Notes under the pieces: model-generated | Seen by the model: the letters and a program-made list of their open reading frames with translations, nothing else | Databases searched by the model: none | What the model was told of the DNA's origin: nothing | From: Candidatus Aenigmatarchaeota archaeon | GTDB taxonomy: Archaea > Aenigmatarchaeota > Aenigmatarchaeia > CG10238-14 | Assembly (NCBI GenBank): GCA_044343545.1 | Contig: JAWBZR010000013.1 | Coordinates: 1-22,485 of the forward strand | DNA: 22,485 nucleotides | Direction: 5' to 3' | Shown: positions 17,380 through 22,485 of the stretch, piece after piece | Numbering within the stretch: the stretch's first letter is position 1 | Layout: each line of letters opens with the position of its first letter | Translations under genes and position numbers: made by a program

Positions 17380-17550
17380 ATGATTAAGGTTGATAAGGAC
17401 ATATGTATAGGTTGCGGTGCTTGTGCTGCTACTTGTCCAGAAATTTTCGAAATAGGAAAGGACGGAAAATCTCAAGTGAGGCAACAAAAAGACCTACCGT
17501 GTGTTGATACGGCTATAAACGCATGCCCTGTCGGTGCAATAACAAAGTGA
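17380..17550 (+). CDS. fdx: Monocluster [4Fe-4S] ferredoxin, 56 aa (not in ORF track)
   Basis: MIKVDKDICIGCGACAATCPEIFEIGKDGKSQVRQQKDLPCVDTAINACPVGAITK: CxxCxxC...CP plus an extra Cys pair. Confidence 0.93.
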   Translation: MIKVDKDICIGCGACAATCPEIFEIGKDGKSQVRQQKDLPCVDTAINACPVGAITK

Positions 17551-17556
17551 TATCTA

Positions 17557-18633
17557 ATGGATTTGGAAAGAAGAATCCAACTCATCAAGGCACCTCCCAC
17601 AGAAGAAATCATTACGGAGCAAGACTTGAGAGAATTGCTTGAAACAAAAGAAAGACCTGTAGCTTATGATGGTTTTGAAACTTCTGGTTTGTTGCATTTG
17701 GGCTCTGGCGTTTTGAGAGCGATAAAAATTCAGGATATGCTTGAGGCAAAGTGTGGTTTTATTCTTTGGATAGCAGATTGGTTTGCTTACATTAACAACA
17801 AGATGGGAGGCGATTTGGAGTTAATAAAAAAAACAGGCCAATACTATGTAGAAGGATGGAAAGCTTGCGGTGTTAATATAAAGAAAGTAAAGATAAGGTG
17901 GACAAGCGAAGCGGTAAAAGATGCCGATTATTGGAAAGGCGTTATAGATGTGGCAAAGCTAACGACGGTTAACAGGGCTATAAGAGCATGTCCTATAATG
18001 GGGAGAAAAGAAGTTGAAATAAAATACACCGCTCAATTATTGTATCCTATGATGCAGGCGTGGGATCCATTTTATTTAGGTGCAGATATTTTGCAGTTAG
18101 GCATGGATCAAAGACATGCCACAATGCTCTCTAGAGAAATTGCAGAAAAGTTAGGATTTTCAAAAAGAGTATGCGTTCATCATCATCTTTTATCAGGTTT
18201 GCAGTCAGGTGAAAGAATGGGTAAAGATACATTAAGTGAGCAAATAGAAAATAAAATGAGCAAGTCAAAACCCGAAACAGCAATATTTATTCATGATACA
18301 AGAGAGGATATAGAGAGAAAGATAAAGAGCGCCTTTTGCCCGGAAAAGATAGTGGAAGGAAACCCAATATTGGAAATATGGAAATACATAATACTTAGAA
18401 AATTTGAAGCAAGGACTATTAAAAGACCGCAAAAGTTTGGAGGGGACGTGCAAATAGAGAATTACTTTGAGTTGGAAAAGCTTTTTTCTGAAGGCAAGAT
18501 TCATCCGTTGGACTTGAAAATGGAAACAATAGAAGCTTTAGATGAAATATTAGAGCCTATAAGAAGGCATTTCGAAAAAGGTAAAGCAAGAGAATTGTAT
18601 GAAGTCGTGAAATCAGCCAAGATAACAAGGTAA
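17557..18633 (+). CDS. tyrS: Tyrosine--tRNA ligase (archaeal type)
   Basis: AYDGFETSGLLHLG, IADWFA, LYPMMQAWD, GMDQR, KMSKSKP, HPLDLK. Confidence 0.95.
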   Translation: MDLERRIQLIKAPPTEEIITEQDLRELLETKERPVAYDGFETSGLLHLGSGVLRAIKIQDMLEAKCGFILWIADWFAYINNKMGGDLELIKKTGQYYVEGWKACGVNIKKVKIRWTSEAVKDADYWKGVIDVAKLTTVNRAIRACPIMGRKEVEIKYTAQLLYPMMQAWDPFYLGADILQLGMDQRHATMLSREIAEKLGFSKRVCVHHHLLSGLQSGERMGKDTLSEQIENKMSKSKPETAIFIHDTREDIERKIKSAFCPEKIVEGNPILEIWKYIILRKFEARTIKRPQKFGGDVQIENYFELEKLFSEGKIHPLDLKMETIEALDEILEPIRRHFEKGKARELYEVVKSAKITR

Positions 18634-18637
18634 AAAT

Positions 18638-18895
18638 TCAATTATTGGGATGATCTTCCAACCAATTTTTTATGGCTTTTTTTATGTCCACAATCTCCTT
18701 TGTTCCATCAGGTAAAGGTCTTTTTATTGTGATTGGTATTTTCATCTGTCTAAATTCTTCTTTTGCTATTTCCATAGGATCGTCAGCTTCTGTCTTTACC
18801 AGTATTGGCGCGCCAAGAAAAATTTGTAAAGCCCTCGCACCTATTATTCTTGCAACTTCAAATCTCGTTAACCTATCCTTTGGCCAAGCTGGCAT
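18638..18895 (-). CDS. rpoK: DNA-directed RNA polymerase subunit Rpo6 (K)
   Basis: [17 protein letters not shown]...GAP...IPITIKR. GAGGTG RBS. Confidence 0.95.
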   Translation of the reverse strand: MPAWPKDRLTRFEVARIIGARALQIFLGAPILVKTEADDPMEIAKEEFRQMKIPITIKRPLPDGTKEIVDIKKAIKNWLEDHPNN

Positions 18896-18906
18896 AAAAT
18901 TTCACC

Positions 18907-19101
18907 TCAAGGTTTAAACTTTACAACCTTGTCTATTAAATCTACGTGCCCCAAAAATAATGCCCTGCAACAATATCTCTCCAAGCCTAACTCATTTAAG
19001 ACCTTTTCTGCACTCTCACCTTCTTTAATTCTTTTTTGAAATTCTTCCCACAAGTGACCTACAACCTTTCCGCAAGAAAAGCATCTCACAGGTATAATCA
19101 T
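18907..19101 (-). CDS. rpoN: DNA-directed RNA polymerase subunit Rpo10 (N)
   Basis: [12 protein letters not shown]...LGLERYCCR. Confidence 0.96.
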   Translation of the reverse strand: MIIPVRCFSCGKVVGHLWEEFQKRIKEGESAEKVLNELGLERYCCRALFLGHVDLIDKVVKFKP

Positions 19102-19194
19102 TTAATCTCCTATTATAGGTTTAAAATTTTTGCAAATATATTTGTTGAACTTTATATTTTTAAAATTAACTCTCTTTTGTTTTTTGGTGAAAAA

Positions 19195-19228
19195 TCGAGT
19201 TTAAATTGATGTCGAGTTTAAATTGATG
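19195..19228 (+). repeat. Perfect 17-bp tandem duplication TCGAGTTTAAATTGATG x2
   Basis: Copies at 19195-19211 and 19212-19228. Each contains a TATA-like TTTAAA. Confidence 0.9.
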
Positions 19229-19246
19229 AAAAAACAATAAATCTTT

Positions 19247-19528
19247 ATGGACGAGCAAATGGATTTGGAAAAGAAACCTGTGAAGTCTAAAAAATTAAAA
19301 ATTATTCACACGACGGGAGGATATTTTGCGACTTTTGATGGCTCAAGAGTATGGGAAATTGACCCTGCAGTTAACTATGTTTTAGAATTATGTAATGGAA
19401 ATAATAGAATAGAGGATATAGCACAAGAAATAGCAAGGAACATAGATATGGATGTTGAGCTGATAAGACATACGCTATTAGGTATGCTGCTTGAATTAGA
19501 AAAAAACGGTTTCATCGAATATTTATGA
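19247..19528 (+). CDS. PqqD-family / RiPP-recognition-element-like winged-helix protein
   Basis: Three short beta strands, then EIDPAVNYVLELCNGNNRIEDIAQEIA...LLELEKNGFI, matching the PqqD pattern (xWxLxDGxxTxxEI...LxxxGLI). Confidence 0.7.
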   Translation: MDEQMDLEKKPVKSKKLKIIHTTGGYFATFDGSRVWEIDPAVNYVLELCNGNNRIEDIAQEIARNIDMDVELIRHTLLGMLLELEKNGFIEYL

Positions 19529-19771
19529 AAGTTTTTTCAGTTTTTCCAAAACTTCTTCTTCCCTTACTAACTTTATATATTTTTCCTTCAAATAACATAG
19601 TTTTGCTACCCCAACCTTTCTTTGGTAAATCATACCTGCACCTATTAGCTCGTGTACGTATTTTGTCACTGTTAACCTATTCATGTTTGTCAGTTGAGCT
19701 ATTTTTTGCAACGTCAAACCTTCAGGGTGCTTTTTTAAAACTTCTATAATAGCCTGTTTAGGATCTTTCAT
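19523..19771 (-). CDS. Winged helix-turn-helix transcription regulator
   Basis: IIEVLKKHPEGLTLQKIAQLTNMNRLTVTKYVHELIGAGMIYQRKVGVAKLCYL. ATG 19771. Confidence 0.8.
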   Translation of the reverse strand: MKDPKQAIIEVLKKHPEGLTLQKIAQLTNMNRLTVTKYVHELIGAGMIYQRKVGVAKLCYLKEKYIKLVREEEVLEKLKKLS

Positions 19772-19863
19772 AACAATCAATAATAATTATTGATAAACAT
19801 ATTTATTTAAACTTAATGTTTAACAGAAACATTTATAAATAAGGTTAACCATAAATATAGTTG

Positions 19864-20751
19864 ATGAAAAACATAATATTCAGTTTTGCTTTAATAGCCG
19901 TTTCGATTATAATGCTTTTGCTTATTTCTAACTTCCCAACGACATATGCAGCAACTAATGACACTGTTGTGATACATGTTAATGTTTCTTTGCTTTCAGA
20001 AATAACAGTCACGCCGGAAATGCTAGAATGGCTAAACATCGTTCCAGGTACACCTGCAGCAGAATTTAGCGTGGACATAAAAAACACGGGATCTACTAAT
20101 TTCACGAAATTATGGGCAACTGTTAACTCTTTTGCCACGGAAACGACAAATCCTCTTGGAAAAGGTAATCCTTTACTTTACGCTGCAGGTTCTTTCTTAC
20201 TATTAAAGAACGAAACAGCAGAAGATGCATTTAGATTTGTAAACAGAATGGAATGGAATGAAACAGAGATGCCAACTTACATGATTCCGAATCCATCTGA
20301 TGCTGTCTCATGGGGTTATTTCAGGAACTTTACAGATATTTACTTGTGGAACTTTAACGATAGTGAAACTGCAGGAGAATGCTTGAATGGAAGCCAAATG
20401 GAATTTAGAATAAAAACAACACCAGAATCAATAGTTTTGCCTGATAGAGACATGACTGTAGGCACGGTTGCAGCAACATTTCAAGCAAACACGACAGAAT
20501 GGAGCTCTTGGACGTTTTCTTCAGGTCCGTTAAAGGATTACTGTGTTTACATTCACAAGAGCTGTCAAAAGATAATGATTGCACAGTGGGATTACAATGC
20601 GAGCTTGCCTGCGTGCAATGCGAGAAAGTATATAACGCAAGAAACTTTTATGCCAAACATGGTACATACTGTTAATTTAACTGTATATATACCAAGAGGA
20701 GTTCCCCACGGCAATACCACCTCGAATATTTTAACAATCGTGGCCGAATAG
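19864..20751 (+). CDS. Secreted, probably heavily N-glycosylated surface protein
   Basis: Signal peptide, 12 N-x-S/T sequons, four Cys, IKNTGS motif, no C-terminal TM. Confidence 0.75.
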   Translation: MKNIIFSFALIAVSIIMLLLISNFPTTYAATNDTVVIHVNVSLLSEITVTPEMLEWLNIVPGTPAAEFSVDIKNTGSTNFTKLWATVNSFATETTNPLGKGNPLLYAAGSFLLLKNETAEDAFRFVNRMEWNETEMPTYMIPNPSDAVSWGYFRNFTDIYLWNFNDSETAGECLNGSQMEFRIKTTPESIVLPDRDMTVGTVAATFQANTTEWSSWTFSSGPLKDYCVYIHKSCQKIMIAQWDYNASLPACNARKYITQETFMPNMVHTVNLTVYIPRGVPHGNTTSNILTIVAE

Positions 20752-20761
20752 GCTGTGTTTT

Positions 20762-20953
20762 ATGGGATTGTTTGGAGGATTTTCCTATAAAAACAAGAAA
20801 GGTGAAAAGTACTATTTGCATTATTCAGAAAAAAAGAGGGTATATTATTTTTCCAAAGAGCCTGCTGACTCAATAGATTTACCCATAGGTTATGAAGTTG
20901 TTGAAAGTCCAAGAACCGGTTTACCTGTTTTGAGAAAAATAGGTAAAAAATAA
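20762..20953 (+). CDS. Small basic beta-rich hypothetical protein
   Basis: 63 aa, Lys/Tyr-rich: KGEKYYLH...YYFSK...LPIGYEVVESPRTGLPVLRK. Lies 10 nt after the upstream gene. Confidence 0.75.
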   Translation: MGLFGGFSYKNKKGEKYYLHYSEKKRVYYFSKEPADSIDLPIGYEVVESPRTGLPVLRKIGKK

Positions 20954-20980
20954 TTGTTTCATCATTGTTTCATTTAGCGA

Positions 20981-21038
20981 AAAAATGTTATAGTCGCATA
21001 AATTTTAAAAATCAAAAATGTTATAGTTAACTATAACA
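20981..21038. promoter_or_regulatory. Perfect 20-bp palindrome plus upstream half-site flanking a TATA-like element
   Basis: TGTTATAGTTAACTATAACA (21019-21038). AAAAATGTTATAGT occurs at 20981-20994 and 21014-21027. TTTTAAAA lies between them. Confidence 0.7.
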
Positions 21039-21092
21039 AATTTTATCAAAATTCGCGAAATATACAGTTCAGACCGTCTGGCCGGGGGTGTC

Positions 21093-21803
21093 ATGGGGCA
21101 GCAGTTATGGGAATTTGACAAGTTCTGGATAATTTGGTCCTCTTGCTTAGACAAGCCTAGGACGCTTAGTGAAATACAAGAATTTTGGGATTATGATGGC
21201 AATGCTTTATACCAAAAAGGTTTGAATAAACCGATATGGAAAGAAATGCTCGAGCAGGGTTTTATAGAAAGCAAGGGCAAGGTTAAAGTAAGGGGAGTTT
21301 CTGGTGATTTAATATATGGTAAGCTTGATTGGATACCCAATTATTTAGAAGAATTATCAAAAGAGTTGAGAGTAAAGCATGAAAACGAGCACCTTTTCCA
21401 TCTTTTAAAATGTATAGAAAACAAGAAAAAACTGTTGTATTATATTGATACGCATAGGACAATATTTTTTTTGTTGCCCAGAATTAAACTTCTTTTTGGA
21501 AAAAAAGACATGTTGAAAGCTAATTATGACCTTTGCGTGACAGCGCCTTTAACAATAATATTTAATTATTATATAATAGCTACCTTAAAGAAAAAATTAA
21601 AGTTAGAATTAGATAGCATATTTCTACTGTCCCAGTCGTTAATATTCACGCCTTTTATTAGAGTAAACTTTTTTGGATATTATAAAGAAGTAATGAAGGA
21701 ATTGTCGCTAAAAGAATTGCCTTTGGGAATATTTAACGAAGCAACAACTTTTAAATTATGGAAAGAGTATGCAAAAGATATTATGAAGGAGATAAATCTA
21801 TAA
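21093..21803 (+). CDS. Hypothetical protein with N-terminal wHTH-like region
   Basis: KPRTLSEIQEFW...ALYQ...MLEQGFIESKG resembles a winged helix. The C-terminal half is helical and unassigned. Confidence 0.65.
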   Translation: MGQQLWEFDKFWIIWSSCLDKPRTLSEIQEFWDYDGNALYQKGLNKPIWKEMLEQGFIESKGKVKVRGVSGDLIYGKLDWIPNYLEELSKELRVKHENEHLFHLLKCIENKKKLLYYIDTHRTIFFLLPRIKLLFGKKDMLKANYDLCVTAPLTIIFNYYIIATLKKKLKLELDSIFLLSQSLIFTPFIRVNFFGYYKEVMKELSLKELPLGIFNEATTFKLWKEYAKDIMKEINL

Positions 21804-21833
21804 TTTATTTTTACCAAAAATATTGTTGAGAAA

Positions 21834-22391
21834 ATGGAAATGGTTTATGAAAAAAACAGAATATTTTTGAAAAATAAAAAACTCAATAATCTAGACAAAT
21901 TTGTAATAAAATTTGTAAAAATCTTGGAAAAATATGCAAGATATGTTATAGCGGATATGTATCAATACTTTTTGGTCGTTCGAGAGCAACAGAAGATATA
22001 GATATTATTGTCGAAGAAAAAGATCTTTCTGAATTTTTTTCTCATTTAGAAAAAAAGAATTATTGGTTGATAAATGCAAGTTTTAATGAAGCTAATGAAA
22101 ACATAAAATATAATGCTATTAGAATTGCAAAAAAAGGTAAAGTTATTCCAAATATAGAATTAAAGATAGCTAAGATAGAAAAAATAGCACTTTCGGAAAG
22201 AATCAGAGTTTTTCTTAATTCAAGCTCAATTTACATACCCCCCCATAGAATTGCAAATAGCTTATAAGTTGTTTTTATCTTCTGAAAAAGATATAGAAGA
22301 TGCAAGACATTTATTTAATATTTTTTCAGATAAGATAAAAATAGAAGAGCTGAAAAAGATGGTTGAGGAATTAAAAGTGGAAAAAAATTAA
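21834..22391 (+). pseudogene. Frameshifted nucleotidyltransferase-superfamily gene
   Basis: Three frames join into MEMVYEKN...RYVI / SGYVSILFGRSRATEDIDIIVE...IYIPP / IELQIAYKLFLSSEKDIEDARHLF. Breaks at about 21950 and at a C7 run (22238-22244). Confidence 0.8.
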
Positions 22392-22409
22392 AATATTTGG
22401 GAATAAAAT

Positions 22410-22485
22410 ATGATTGATATCAAAGAGTTGAAAGAGCAGAAAATAAAGAATTTTGAAGAAAGATTAAAGTTTATAGATCTCTGGT
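22410..22485 (+). CDS. Small hypothetical protein, 3' truncated by the window (putative partner of the nucleotidyltransferase)
   Basis: ATG 22410: MIDIKELKEQKIKNFEERLKFIDLW..., open to the window end. Confidence 0.6.
   Translation, partial: MIDIKELKEQKIKNFEERLKFIDLW

Noticed and set aside
7819..18633. Three aminoacyl-tRNA synthetases within about 11 kb as a special system
   Set aside because: Expected from the density of housekeeping genes in a small genome. No inteins or unusual fusions were seen in IleRS or TyrRS.
18896..19246. tRNA gene near rpoN/rpoK, as found in some archaea
   Set aside because: No GC-rich cloverleaf or GTTCRA T-loop here. The spacers are short and AT-rich.
21060..21100. 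GC-rich patch as a tRNA fragment or att site
   Set aside because: Too short for a cloverleaf, no CCA end or second copy, and no integrase in the window. Kept only as part of the regulatory finding.

Overview
AT-rich archaeal chromosomal segment. Archaeal-type IleRS/AlaRS/TyrRS, Rpo6/Rpo10, aMBF1, TATA promoters and GAGGTG ribosome-binding sites are visible. The compact layout suggests a DPANN lineage such as Aenigmarchaeota, but that is inference. In order, the window holds a surface-protein/MinD operon ending in a tRNA methylthiotransferase, a DUF59 protein, aMBF1, ileS, a CBS protein, an ArsR-led four-gene thiol/metal module, a C-terminally truncated alaS, an M29 peptidase, PduO plus ferredoxin, tyrS, rpoK/rpoN, an orphan PqqD/RRE-like gene, a sequon-rich secreted protein, wHTH proteins and a frameshifted nucleotidyltransferase. 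Several small genes are missing from the ORF track: a 32-aa hyper-acidic peptide with its own promoter, RBS and terminator, a 50-aa stand-alone peptide resembling the AlaRS dimerisation helices, and a 56-aa ferredoxin. No tRNA, rRNA, CRISPR array or transposase was seen. All family calls come from motif recognition, not from database searches.
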